DNA from: Deltaproteobacteria bacterium
Lineage (GTDB): Bacteria; Myxococcota_A; UBA9160; UBA4427
Length of the DNA stretch: 64,000 bases
Direction: 5' to 3'
NCBI GenBank assembly: GCA_019310385.1
Contig: JAFDEK010000014.1
Span: forward strand, 833-64,832
Part shown: positions 38,047 to 47,365 of the stretch, one piece after another
How the letters are laid out: each line of letters opens with the position of its first letter
Numbering within the stretch: the stretch's first letter is position 1
Notes under the pieces: model-generated
Told to the model about the DNA's origin: nothing
Databases searched by the model: none
What the model saw: the letters and a program-made list of their open reading frames with translations, nothing else
Made by a program: the position numbers and the translations under genes

Positions 38047-39324
38047 ATGATGACCGGGAAAGGCAGCGACGGGCCTCGGTCGCCCGCCTGGCGGGGCAGG
38101 GCGGAGCGTCTCGGCTGGCTGATAGAGGCTGCCACCGTGCGTCCCGCCGGCCTCGAGTTCCAGACCATCCTCCAGTGCAATCGGCGCCCCCAGCGCCGAC
38201 GTTGCGGGGCTTGGATCGGTGTGCGCCGCCTGGACATTCCGGAGGAGATCCACTGGCGCTGTCCGTCTTGCGGTGACCAGGGCGTGATCCACGGCTGGCG
38301 AGGATCGGCATGGGATTTCTCGGAACGGGCCGCGGCCCGGCGCAGTACCGAGACCGAATACGCCGAGGTCCGGCTCGTCGAAGAGGACCATCGTCTGCTC
38401 ATTGCCCAGGTGCTCGACGCCTCGGCTCGGGGCGTCGTCATGGGCGCCGAGCCGTCTGGATCGGAGGTCCTGCTCGAGGCGAGCCTGGTGGATTTCGAGC
38501 GCCTGCGCGAGTGCGTTTCGCGGCTGATGGGTAGAGAGCGAAGCGGGGTGCGCTCTCGCAGGCTGCGGCGGATCTTCGAGAGCATCGATGAGGTCTTCGG
38601 CGACATCGCGGTCAGTGCGCAGCAGCTCGAGGACCTGCCTTCGGCCTCGCCCTTTGGACTGGGACTGGGACAGGGGCTGGGACAGGGACAGGGGCCGGGA
38701 CTGGGACAGGGGCCGGGGAGGGGCCTCGCTGTCGTTCCCGTCAGGCCGCCAGCCGCCGACCCGGTGGCGCGCCGCGCCGTCTACGAGCTGCGCATGGAGC
38801 TGTGCGACGTCAAGCCGCGTATCTGGCGGCGAATCCGGGTGCCGGGCGACATCGACCTCGGGCGCCTCAGCAATGTGCTCTTATGCGCCATGGGGTGGTC
38901 GAACACACACCTCCACGAGTTCATCGCAGGTGGCGTGCGCATTGGGGACAGCGAAGTCGACGACTTCGACGACTTCGATGACATCCCCCATGTCATCGAG
39001 GAGAGAAAGGTGAAGCTCGGGGACGTCGTTTCGGAGGTCGGCGATCGTCTCTTCTACGTGTATGACCTGGGCGACGATTGGCGCCACGAGATCTGCGTGG
39101 AGCAGGTGGTGACCGACGAGAAGTGCTCCCGACTCCCACACTGCCTGGCTGGCCAACGCGCCTGCCCGCCAGAGGATTGCGGGGGAATCCCCGGCTACGA
39201 GCACCTGCTCGAAGCGGTGGGGGACCGCAAGCACCCCGATCACATCGAGATGCTCCACTGGATCGGCGGCTCCTTCGACGCCGAGACCTTCTCCGTGGCC
39301 GACGTGAATCGCCGCCTCTCCTGA
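38047..39324 (+). CDS. Plasmid pRiA4b ORF-3-family protein with N-terminal Cys-containing extension
   Basis: IWRRIRVP, MGWSNTHLHEF, YVYDLGDDWRH, RACPPEDCGG; sigma70-like TTGACC-N17-GAGAAT near 37907. Confidence 0.88.
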   Translation: MMTGKGSDGPRSPAWRGRAERLGWLIEAATVRPAGLEFQTILQCNRRPQRRRCGAWIGVRRLDIPEEIHWRCPSCGDQGVIHGWRGSAWDFSERAAARRSTETEYAEVRLVEEDHRLLIAQVLDASARGVVMGAEPSGSEVLLEASLVDFERLRECVSRLMGRERSGVRSRRLRRIFESIDEVFGDIAVSAQQLEDLPSASPFGLGLGQGLGQGQGPGLGQGPGRGLAVVPVRPPAADPVARRAVYELRMELCDVKPRIWRRIRVPGDIDLGRLSNVLLCAMGWSNTHLHEFIAGGVRIGDSEVDDFDDFDDIPHVIEERKVKLGDVVSEVGDRLFYVYDLGDDWRHEICVEQVVTDEKCSRLPHCLAGQRACPPEDCGGIPGYEHLLEAVGDRKHPDHIEMLHWIGGSFDAETFSVADVNRRLS

Positions 39325-39479
39325 GGGGGCGCCGGCGCTGCCTGGCAGGGGTGGGCCGACTCGAAGCGCCCCACCGCGCAGATTCCGAGCCTCGATCCCC
39401 CGAGGGAATGGGTTTCGAACACAGCTGATTCGTCTGTGGTGTAGGGGATCTGACCCATTCGCTTGCCGGGAATCCGCGC

Positions 39480-39508
39480 TCAAGTCGCAGATGGGTGTAT
39501 GCCGATCT
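39480..39508 (+). promoter_or_regulatory. Candidate sigma28-like promoter of the PilZ gene
   Basis: TCAAG-N16-GCCGATCT about 40 bp before ATG 39551. Confidence 0.4.
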
Positions 39509-39550
39509 CATTGCGGACCGACTCAGCATGTCGGTGAGGGGGGACCGGCC

Positions 39551-40075
39551 ATGACAGAACCTCGTTCCACGGCGATTTCCTCGTCGACGGGCCATTCGTC
39601 GACGGGCCATTCGTCAACGGGCAACTCGTCAACGGGCAAGTCCGGCGTGACCGGACCGATGCAAACCCGCCAGCAGCATCCGCGGGTGGACACTCGCATG
39701 GGGGTTCGCCTCTCGACGGTGGATCCGGAAACCGATTCCCAGGGCAAGGCCTTCTTCAGGAGCTCCGAGGAGCGCTGCTTCGACATCTCCCGGGGAGGCA
39801 CCTTCGTCATGACCTCCGATCCCATCGAGCCGGGTCTTCGTGTGCTGCTCGAGCTCGATATCCCGGGCGGCAGCACCGTACAGACCCTCGCCCGCGTGGT
39901 GTGGAAGACCGTCGAGGCGGGAGGCTCGAGGCCCGCTGGCATCGGGGTCGAGTTCCTGGGCGGACGGACCGGGCAGTTCGGCGAGCTCGAGAAGCACCTG
40001 GCTCGGGCCCGCCGCTGGTCGGCCGCGAGACGGCTGGACCGGCAGGCGACGCCGCTCCTGCAGGAGATTCCCTGA
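39551..40075 (+). CDS. PilZ-domain c-di-GMP receptor
   Basis: RQQHPR (RxxxR-like) and DISRGG (DxSxxG), ARVVW, GIGVEF; N-terminal SSTG(H/N/K) x4 repeat. Confidence 0.85.
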   Translation: MTEPRSTAISSSTGHSSTGHSSTGNSSTGKSGVTGPMQTRQQHPRVDTRMGVRLSTVDPETDSQGKAFFRSSEERCFDISRGGTFVMTSDPIEPGLRVLLELDIPGGSTVQTLARVVWKTVEAGGSRPAGIGVEFLGGRTGQFGELEKHLARARRWSAARRLDRQATPLLQEIP

Positions 40076-40141
40076 GTCGGGAGCCCAGAAGCGGGTGGCG
40101 GGGGAGTCATGCTGAGGTCATCCTGAGGATATGGTGAGGTC

Positions 40142-40933
40142 ATGGTGACAGAGATGGCCCCGGCCGCCGCCGGCCTGCCCGTGCGCGCCCTGCTCTTCGA
40201 CCTCTTCGACACCCTCGTCGATCTCTACATGGAGAAGCTGCCCCACTTCCGGCACCGCGGCCTCGCGTTGCCCGCCTCGGCCCGGGCCATTCACGCGGCG
40301 CTGCCCACCCGGGCGGGTATCGACTTCGACACCTTCGCGAGGGCTCTGGGCCAATTGGATGCCCAGTTCCTGGTGTCGCACTACAAGAAGGACATCGAGC
40401 TCCCCAGCGTGCAGCGCTTCTCCACCCTGAGCGCGCGCCTCGGCCTCCCCGACGAGGGGCTTCCCGAGATCCTGGCGCAGGTCCACATGGATCTTCTGCG
40501 CGAGGAGGTGGCGATGCCACTGCACCACCTGGAGCTGCTGGCCACGCTGGGGCGGCGGGTGCGAATCGGCGTGTGCTCCAACTTCAGTCACTCGCGCGCC
40601 GCCACGGGGATTCTCGAGGACTACGGTCTGGACGACCACCTGGCGGCCGTCGTGGTCTCCGAGGACATCGGCCTGCGCAAGCCACGCGGCGAGATCTTCC
40701 TGGCCGCCCTGGAGGCGCTCGGCGTTGGCCCCGAGGAAACCCTCCACGTCGGAGACAACCTCGCCGCCGATGTGACCGGCGCCGCGGCGCTGGGCATTCG
40801 CACTGTCTGGGTCACGCGCCGGGTCAGCGATCCCGAGGAGCTGCTCACGCGGCACGCGGGCCCCAGACCCGACTATCGGATTGCGGATCTGAACGAGCTT
40901 CCGGGGATCCTCGATGAGGTCGGCACGGCGTGA
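40142..40933 (+). CDS. HAD-IA family hydrolase
   Basis: FDLFDTL, CSN, RKP, HVGDNLAADV.GA..G. Confidence 0.88.
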   Translation: MVTEMAPAAAGLPVRALLFDLFDTLVDLYMEKLPHFRHRGLALPASARAIHAALPTRAGIDFDTFARALGQLDAQFLVSHYKKDIELPSVQRFSTLSARLGLPDEGLPEILAQVHMDLLREEVAMPLHHLELLATLGRRVRIGVCSNFSHSRAATGILEDYGLDDHLAAVVVSEDIGLRKPRGEIFLAALEALGVGPEETLHVGDNLAADVTGAAALGIRTVWVTRRVSDPEELLTRHAGPRPDYRIADLNELPGILDEVGTA

Positions 40934-41208
40934 GGGTGCGCCTCTTCGCGGGGCTGCGCGCGATCGTGGGCCACGCGACGATCGAGGTCGAGCTGGCTCC
41001 GGGCGCAACCCTATCGGACTTGATCGATCGCCTGGCCGCGCTGCACCCCGACCTGGCCCCCGAGCTCTTCGACGAGGCCGGTGCGCTCTCCCGGCATATA
41101 AACCTCATCGTCGACGGCCGCAGCGCCGCACATCTTCCCCAGCATCTAGCCACCCCCCTCACGACCCAAGAAGAAATCCACATCTTCCCCGCCGTCGCGG
41201 GCGGCTAG
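40930..41208 (+). CDS. MoaD/ThiS/SAMP ubiquitin-like sulfur carrier
   Basis: VRLFAGLR start, C-terminal FPAVAGG diglycine; GTGA overlap with the HAD gene. Confidence 0.9.
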   Translation: MRVRLFAGLRAIVGHATIEVELAPGATLSDLIDRLAALHPDLAPELFDEAGALSRHINLIVDGRSAAHLPQHLATPLTTQEEIHIFPAVAGG

Positions 41209-41215
41209 CAGGCTG

Positions 41216-43039
41216 CTAGAGAAGGGCCAGCTCTTCCAGCTTCTCGTCGGGCACGACGCCGTCCTCCCAGCCGCGGGCTTCGTAGTACTCCTCGAGCATG
41301 AGCTCGAGCTCGCAAACGTGGCCCTTGGAGCCCGGCGCCGTGGAGGGCTCCCGGGTGTAGCGCTCGGGCAGGGTGTCGGAGCCGGGGCCGAAGCCCGCCA
41401 GGTTGTTGTAGTGGCGCTCGAGGTTGTAGACGCGCTCTCCGATTTCGAGCACGTCGTCGGCGCTGCACTCGATCCCCAGGGCCGCGGCGTACTGTTGCGC
41501 GTACTCGTCGGCGCCCTCCGCGAAGGCGCTGAACTTGCATAGATCGAGACTGTCCGAGAAGGCGGCCAGATCCTGGAAGAGCTTCAACAGCGCCCCCTTT
41601 CCCTTCCACTCCAGGGGGTCCGCCTTGATGGGCAGAACGCCGAGCTCCGCTGCGGCCACATATCCGCGCAGGTGACAGCCGCCCCGGTTGCTGGTCGCGT
41701 AGCCGAGCCCCATCCCCTTCATGCCCCGGGGCTCGTAGGCGGCCACCGCCTGTCCCTTCGCCACCATGGCGATCTCGCTGTGGCCGAAGTGGGCGGCGGT
41801 CCGGGCGGTGCCCTCGGCGAGAACGTCGCCCATGCCCTTGCGCAGGGCGATCTGCTCGATCAAGGCGATCATCTGCCCGTGGTCGCCCCACTCGAGGGAG
41901 CCTTCCTCCTTGCCGTTCAGGTATCCCTTCTGGGAGGCCTCCATGAAGGCGGAGAAGACGCCGCCGAGCTCGATGGGATCGAGGCCGTAGTCGTTGCACT
42001 GGTCGATCATCTTCGCGATGGAGGCGATGTCGTCGTTGCCGCAGTTGGCGCCCAGGGACCACGCCGGCTCGTACTCGACACTCTCCATTCGGAGCCCCGC
42101 ATGCGGCCCCTCGGTGATCTCGACCTCCTTCTTGCAGGCCACGGGACAGGCATGGCAGGTGGGATCGTTCACGAGGATCTTCTCCTGCACGTACTCGCCG
42201 CTGATCCGCTCGGCCCGCTCTCCGAAAGTCGTCTCCTGGCTGTTGCGCGTGCCCAGGGCGCCGATGCTGTTCACGATGTTCATGAGCACATTGGTGCCGT
42301 ACACGGACAGACCGCCCTTCTTGGGGCTGGTCACAGTGGACTCGTCCCGAATCGCCGCGAGAGCGACCCGGCGGGCTTCCCTCCAGGCCTCGGTGTCCGG
42401 CACCTGGCTCTTTTGTGGCCCTGCCTTGATGACGATGGCCTTGAGCTTCTTGCTCCCGCCGACAGCTCCGGTGCCGCCGCGACCGAAGGCACGGTCGTCC
42501 TCGTTGATCCAGGCCGAGTACAGAACCTGCTTCTCCCCCGCGACACCGATGGTGCAGACCGAGAGATGCCTGGCGCCGTAGCGCTCGCGGAAGAAGTCGA
42601 CGGTCTCGTGCACGTTCTTGCCCCACACCTCCGAAGCGTCGCGCAGGGACACCGCACCGTCCTCGACATAGGCGTAGACGGGCTGCTCGCTGCGCCCATC
42701 GAAGACCAGACCGTCCAGGCCGGCCCAGCGCAGACGGGCGGCGCTCCATCCTCCCTGGTGGCTGTCGGTGATGGTTCCGGTGAGCGGCGACTTGGTGACG
42801 GCCGCCCAGCGACCACTCATGTTGACCTCGCTGCCGCTGAGCGGGCCGTTCATGAAGCAGAGGAGGTTCTCGGGTGAAAGAGGGTCGACATCGGCGCCTC
42901 GTTCGAAGACATAGCGCACCCCGAGTCCGCGACCGCCGACGTACTTGCGCACCCATTCTTTCGGCGCGGCGCGCAGCTCGACGCTGCGTCGGGAGAGATC
43001 GATGTGAGCAATGTGCGAACCGAACTCGTCGAGCTTCAT
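41216..43039 (-). CDS. aor: Aldehyde:ferredoxin oxidoreductase (tungstopterin AOR family)
   Basis: GGRGLG, KSPLTG, GRGG.GAV.GSK.LKA, CHACPVAC plus DSLDLC ([4Fe-4S]), EYEP, DYGLD, RGGCHL. Confidence 0.93.
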   Translation of the reverse strand: MKLDEFGSHIAHIDLSRRSVELRAAPKEWVRKYVGGRGLGVRYVFERGADVDPLSPENLLCFMNGPLSGSEVNMSGRWAAVTKSPLTGTITDSHQGGWSAARLRWAGLDGLVFDGRSEQPVYAYVEDGAVSLRDASEVWGKNVHETVDFFRERYGARHLSVCTIGVAGEKQVLYSAWINEDDRAFGRGGTGAVGGSKKLKAIVIKAGPQKSQVPDTEAWREARRVALAAIRDESTVTSPKKGGLSVYGTNVLMNIVNSIGALGTRNSQETTFGERAERISGEYVQEKILVNDPTCHACPVACKKEVEITEGPHAGLRMESVEYEPAWSLGANCGNDDIASIAKMIDQCNDYGLDPIELGGVFSAFMEASQKGYLNGKEEGSLEWGDHGQMIALIEQIALRKGMGDVLAEGTARTAAHFGHSEIAMVAKGQAVAAYEPRGMKGMGLGYATSNRGGCHLRGYVAAAELGVLPIKADPLEWKGKGALLKLFQDLAAFSDSLDLCKFSAFAEGADEYAQQYAAALGIECSADDVLEIGERVYNLERHYNNLAGFGPGSDTLPERYTREPSTAPGSKGHVCELELMLEEYYEARGWEDGVVPDEKLEELALL

Positions 43040-43169
43040 GCGGGCCTCCTCCTCACGGCTCCTTCATGGCCATGGCTCCGAGTATAGGCTCGCGAACGCG
43101 GCGTGGGAGACTGCCGCACGAAGGCTCCTGGCCGCGCGGCCGTGCGGGTTCTCGGAGCAGAGGAGGCGC

Positions 43170-43727
43170 TCAGCTGGGAGGCTGTGGCGGAGGGCCCATG
43201 GATTGGAGCACGAAGTGATACATCAGCAGGCAGACGTAGAGCACGAAGGAGCCCCACAGGCCGATGCGGGCGATGCGGAAGTTCTTGTGAGCCATGAGAA
43301 TCAGCAACCAAAGCCCCACCACGAGACACTTCTGGAAGAGGAAGAGGAGGTCGCTGGTCTTGATGAGCTGGTCCATGAGGGGGTTGCCCTCGGCGCCGCC
43401 CATCTGAAGCCAACGCAGGGTGAAGAAGGCGTCGAGGATGTTGAGGATGAAGATCCCCAGGAGCAGAGCGACGTCCCGCTTGCGAAAGACGTCGACGTAG
43501 GTGTCCTGGGTCTCGCCCTGGCGCCGCCCGGTGCGGCGACGACGATGGAAGAGGGAATCCCAGCCTCGGGTGGGCTGGCCGCGGCGGTCACCCTCCTCTC
43601 GGCGCTCCCACTTGGTCGAGTTCGGCTTCGTGGAAGGTCGAAGCAGGGTCAGATTTCCCAGTGACACCGGGGGGCACTCGTTCTCGCCTTCCTGGTCTCT
43701 TCGATCAGAGCCCAAGGCTCCCTCCAT
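43170..43727 (-). CDS. DUF5658-like small membrane protein
   Basis: LNILDAFFTL...EGNPLM...FQK; Arg-rich ERR..DRR N-terminus. Start uncertain. Confidence 0.7.
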   Translation of the reverse strand: MEGALGSDRRDQEGENECPPVSLGNLTLLRPSTKPNSTKWERREEGDRRGQPTRGWDSLFHRRRRTGRRQGETQDTYVDVFRKRDVALLLGIFILNILDAFFTLRWLQMGGAEGNPLMDQLIKTSDLLFLFQKCLVVGLWLLILMAHKNFRIARIGLWGSFVLYVCLLMYHFVLQSMGPPPQPPS

Positions 43728-44021
43728 CTGTCGCTACTGCTTCGGTCGCTCACTGCATCGGATCAGCCGCTACGAGTCTCCGCCGCCGGGAGCTGACGCA
43801 CCGCTTCGCCGACTTATCGGCCCGACGTGCGTCTCACGCGAGACGAAGGTCCGACTTTTCGGGATCGGGCAGGGGGCCTGCGTATCACCTGGGGTAGTGG
43901 ATCGGACATTCGCGCTGGAAAGCTCGGGCTCCCTCTGCCTGCGCGCTGCCCATCCGATCGCACTGGATGGGGCACAGCCCTATTGGACCGACGCCGGGGC
44001 GCGCACAGCGGCACGCTTGTT

Positions 44022-44798
44022 TCAGCCAGGCGCCTGTTTCAGCCAGGCGCCGATCAAGGCCACGAGCACGAGGCCGAAGATGACGCGGCGAAGAGTCTCA
44101 TGCCCGGTCGAGACCGCAAAGCGCACCGCCAGGCGTGCCCCGGTGACGGATCCCGCCGCGAGCACGAGGCCGGGTAGCCAGACGATCTGATCGGCCGCGA
44201 TGAAGACCAGGAGCGAGGTGCCGGTGAAGGCCGCCACCATCACGACCTTGAGCGCGTTGGCGCGCACGAGGTCGAAACGCAGCAGGCCAGAGAAGCTCGC
44301 GAGCAGAAAAATTCCCACACCCGCCTGCAAGAAGCCGCCCCAGAAGCCCGCACCGAAGAGTGCGAGGGCGGCGATCGGCCGTTCCCGGATTCCGAGAGTC
44401 GGGGTTCCCTCCGCGGGCGCCAGGACCTGCGGCTTCCACACGAGGGTGAGAGCGATGAGGGCGAGTCCGGCGAGAAGGACCGGCTCGAAGACGGCAGCGG
44501 GAAGCCGTGAGGCCGCGACGGCACCGGCCACGGCTCCGGCGAGGGCCAGCGGGAGCAACGAGGCGGCGGCGCGCCGATCGAGCTGGCCACGGCGGTCGAA
44601 GGCCTCTCCTCCGACCAGGGAATGAAGAAAGACACCGACCCGGTTCGTCGCGTTGGCGTGCTGGGCAGGAAGGCCCAGGAGCATGAGCACCGGGACGGTG
44701 AGCAGGGATCCGCCCCCCGCAAGCGTGTTGACGAAGCCCGCAAGCAGGCCGGCGGCGAGCAGCAGGGGGACCTGCCAGAAGCCTTCGAAGCCCGTCAA
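44022..44798 (-). CDS. Sulfite exporter TauE/SafE family protein
   Basis: NTLAGGGSLLTVP, ANATNR, GGFLQAGVG, ANALK; 17-bp duplication at the 3' end. Confidence 0.9.
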   Translation of the reverse strand: MTGFEGFWQVPLLLAAGLLAGFVNTLAGGGSLLTVPVLMLLGLPAQHANATNRVGVFLHSLVGGEAFDRRGQLDRRAAASLLPLALAGAVAGAVAASRLPAAVFEPVLLAGLALIALTLVWKPQVLAPAEGTPTLGIRERPIAALALFGAGFWGGFLQAGVGIFLLASFSGLLRFDLVRANALKVVMVAAFTGTSLLVFIAADQIVWLPGLVLAAGSVTGARLAVRFAVSTGHETLRRVIFGLVLVALIGAWLKQAPG

Positions 44799-45205
44799 TG
44801 GATTGCGTGAGGCTGGCTCAGTTGAAACATGCGAATCTCGGCGTCGAAGCTGGTTCCGTCGCCACGGGTCATCTGGTAGGTCCCCGCCATGGAGCCGAAG
44901 GGCGTGGTGAGAGGGCAGCCCGAGGTGTACTCGAAGGACTGGCCGGGAGCGAGGGTGGGCTGCTCGCCCACGACTCCGGGGCCGTGCACCTCCTCGGTCT
45001 TCCCGGTGGCGTCGATGATGAGCCAGCGCCGGCTCAGTAGCTGCACCTGCTCCGCGGATTCATTGGTGATCGTGATGGTGTAGAGGAAGAACCACTGGGA
45101 CAGGGACGGCGCCGACCGCTCTGGTTCGTAGCGGGCGCACACCTTGACGCGGACGCCCTCGGTGATGGCCTCGGAGGTCGATACGGGCAGCTCGGCTTCG
45201 CTCAC
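44795..45205 (-). CDS. apaG: ApaG protein
   Basis: VQLLSRRWLI, GPGVVGEQP, FEYTSGCPL.TP.GSM.G.Y. Confidence 0.93.
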   Translation of the reverse strand: MSEAELPVSTSEAITEGVRVKVCARYEPERSAPSLSQWFFLYTITITNESAEQVQLLSRRWLIIDATGKTEEVHGPGVVGEQPTLAPGQSFEYTSGCPLTTPFGSMAGTYQMTRGDGTSFDAEIRMFQLSQPHAIH

Positions 45206-45378
45206 GCTGAAGATCCTAGCCTGGGTCGGCGCTCGAAGTAGCGCGTCACCAGATCACTGTCGTGGTCTGCGACGGGGTCGGAGAAGAAGCGGCAGCCGTT
45301 GGTGGTGCGGGTGCCCGCGTAGAGGTCGACGAGATCCTTGAGCAGGAAGGGAACGCCCTGGAAGGGACCGGCCGGCAA
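45202..45378 (-). pseudogene. Fragment of an amidase-signature-family gene (not in the ORF track)
   Basis: Manual translation LPAGPFQGVPFLLKDLVDLYAGTRTTNGCRFFSDPVADHDSDLVTRY matches the amidase N-terminal G.P...KD region; the rest is missing. Confidence 0.75.
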
Positions 45379-45613
45379 GCCGGCCGCTACACCTGCTGGT
45401 CCTCACCAGAGAATGCCCCGCGGGTGATCGAGCGGGGAACACCGTCGGACTGCGCCGGGTCTGACCGTGTGGGCGAGGAGGAATCCGCTCGCCCAGCGCA
45501 CAAATATTCGTGCGTAAAGGCGGTACGCCCGACTACTCTATCGAGAGGGGCGATCGGCGGGCTACTTGTGTGTGCATATGGCCCCGCCCCGTCCCCCCGG
45601 AGGACATCAGGAG

Positions 45614-46510
45614 ATGCGCGGCGTACTCATACGCCTCACGAACGTGGCGCTGTTCACGCTGGCGTGTTGGCTCGTCTCGCTGGTGTTCAACGAGATTCTC
45701 GCCGAGCGGCTGCGGCCTCATGGCATCTCCGCCCAGGCGGGCGCGGCCTACGTTCCCGAGAGCGCGCCTCAATGGGACGAGCGCAAGGTCATCATCGATC
45801 GCAACCTCTTCGGCGCGAAAGTGGCTCACGAGCCGTCTCCCGTGCCGGTAGTCGAAGTGTCGGAGGAGGTCGAGGAGACGAAGCTCCCCCTCGAGCTCCT
45901 GGGAACCCTGTGGTCGTCGGACTCGCAGCTTTCGACGGCTGCGATCCGCGACACCAGCAGTCGCGTCGACCAGGTGCTCGCCGTTGGGGAGACCCTCGAG
46001 GAGCGTGACCAGGTGACGGTGGCCGCCATCGAACGGGGCCGTGTGATCCTCCAGAACGGCTCGCGCCGGGAAGAGCTGCTCCTCGCCGAGGCCGGTGAGA
46101 CCGTGGGAGGCAGGCCGCTCCCGGGTGAAGCCACGAACAGCGTGAGTCAGAAAGTGAGTCGCGCGCGTTCGTCGCGTTCTTCGCGCGCTCCGTCCTATCC
46201 GGTCGCGAAGGCGGGAAGCTCGAGCCCTTCGCGATCCCCGGTGGCGCGCACGGAAAGAAGCACGCGTTCGAGTCGAGGGGCCGACAGGGAATTGTCACCT
46301 TCACAGGCTTCCAGGGGACGCCGGCAGGCGCGAACAGAGAAGCAGCGGACGGCCAGATTGAACCATCGCCTCTCGACGCAGGAGATGGGGACCTCGAAGG
46401 CGAGCAAGGAAGAGCAGCTGGAGGTCCAGCGGGTCCTGAAGTCGTTGATCGAATCCGGCGCAGACCCCGACGAGATCAGCGCGCGCATGAACGAGATGGA
46501 GCGCGAATAG
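45614..46510 (+). CDS. GspC-like type II secretion accessory protein without a recognisable PDZ domain
   Basis: N-terminal TM, IIDRNLFG, TKLPLELLGT, V..IER.RVILQN..RREEL; basic disordered tail. Confidence 0.72.
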   Translation: MRGVLIRLTNVALFTLACWLVSLVFNEILAERLRPHGISAQAGAAYVPESAPQWDERKVIIDRNLFGAKVAHEPSPVPVVEVSEEVEETKLPLELLGTLWSSDSQLSTAAIRDTSSRVDQVLAVGETLEERDQVTVAAIERGRVILQNGSRREELLLAEAGETVGGRPLPGEATNSVSQKVSRARSSRSSRAPSYPVAKAGSSSPSRSPVARTERSTRSSRGADRELSPSQASRGRRQARTEKQRTARLNHRLSTQEMGTSKASKEEQLEVQRVLKSLIESGADPDEISARMNEMERE

Positions 46511-46601
46511 CGCAACAGGAACAGGGCGAACAAGGCCAGCGCAAGAACGAGTCGTGAAGACGACTTCGCCCCACGCTTTCGCCGGCGGCTCGAGGTGCAG
46601 A

Positions 46602-47243
46602 TCAGGCGGGTGACCTTTCGAGGGCCCGCTCGAGTAATCGCCCCTCCTCGGGCGGGAAATCCATGGACAGGGCCTCGCGGCATCCGGCCTCCGACATCAG
46701 GCGCAGGGTCTTGCGCAGGACCTCCACCATCTTCTCGTCCGCGAGGCGGCTGGCCAGGCTGCTGAACTGGGTCTCGAGAAAGACGAGGCAGAGGGCATCC
46801 TCGAAGGTCTGCACCTCGGGGTCGCGCCGCAGGCCCTGCTTGCGGATCACGCCTCGCACCCGCGCGATGGTGTCGCTCTCGTAGCCCAGCTCTGCGAGGA
46901 GGCACGCCGTCACTTCGGCATGGTGATCCTGCAGGGCCTTGCGCCAGCGCAGGTAGCCCTCTCGTCCGTCCGGGTACTCGCCGCGCTCGACCGCCCAGCG
47001 CTCTACATGGTGTGCCCGCCCGGCCAGCCGCAGGGCTTCGCTCGCCGAGGGTCTCAGCCGCTGGATCCACTCGCTGACGAGCTGCGCGTGCAGGAGCTCC
47101 TTGGGCCCATCCTCGCCTCGCACGGTGACCCGATTGGGGTCTCCGGCGTTTACGGCATCGATGGCTGCAATGGCCTTCTCGAAGCGTTCCAGGTCGGGGA
47201 TTCCAGACGGACCGACACGGTCGGTCTCCTCTCGTGAGTCCAA
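46602..47243 (-). CDS. DUF4202 family protein
   Basis: AIAAID..NA.DPN, LRLA.RAHH..RW..R.EYP.GR.GYL.WR, EDALCLVFL, KT..LMS. Start uncertain. Confidence 0.85.
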   Translation of the reverse strand: MDSREETDRVGPSGIPDLERFEKAIAAIDAVNAGDPNRVTVRGEDGPKELLHAQLVSEWIQRLRPSASEALRLAGRAHHVERWAVERGEYPDGREGYLRWRKALQDHHAEVTACLLAELGYESDTIARVRGVIRKQGLRRDPEVQTFEDALCLVFLETQFSSLASRLADEKMVEVLRKTLRLMSEAGCREALSMDFPPEEGRLLERALERSPA

Positions 47244-47365
47244 TGGCGGATCCCTCCGCGAGTCCGAGTGCGGGGTGGAGCATATCACGGCCCCGCGATC
47301 TCGAGCCGCAGCGCGTGAGAGCAGAGCGCGGGGAGCGGGCGCCGAGAAGGCTCGGTCCTGGCAGC

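Noticed and set aside
33609-39324. RecD2 plus pRiA4b ORF-3 as a mobile element or defence island
   Set aside because: No integrase, transposase, att repeats or composition shift; an acyl-CoA synthetase lies between them.
43040-43170. Moco/tungsten-cofactor riboswitch upstream of aor
   Set aside because: No recognisable conserved stems or motifs by eye.
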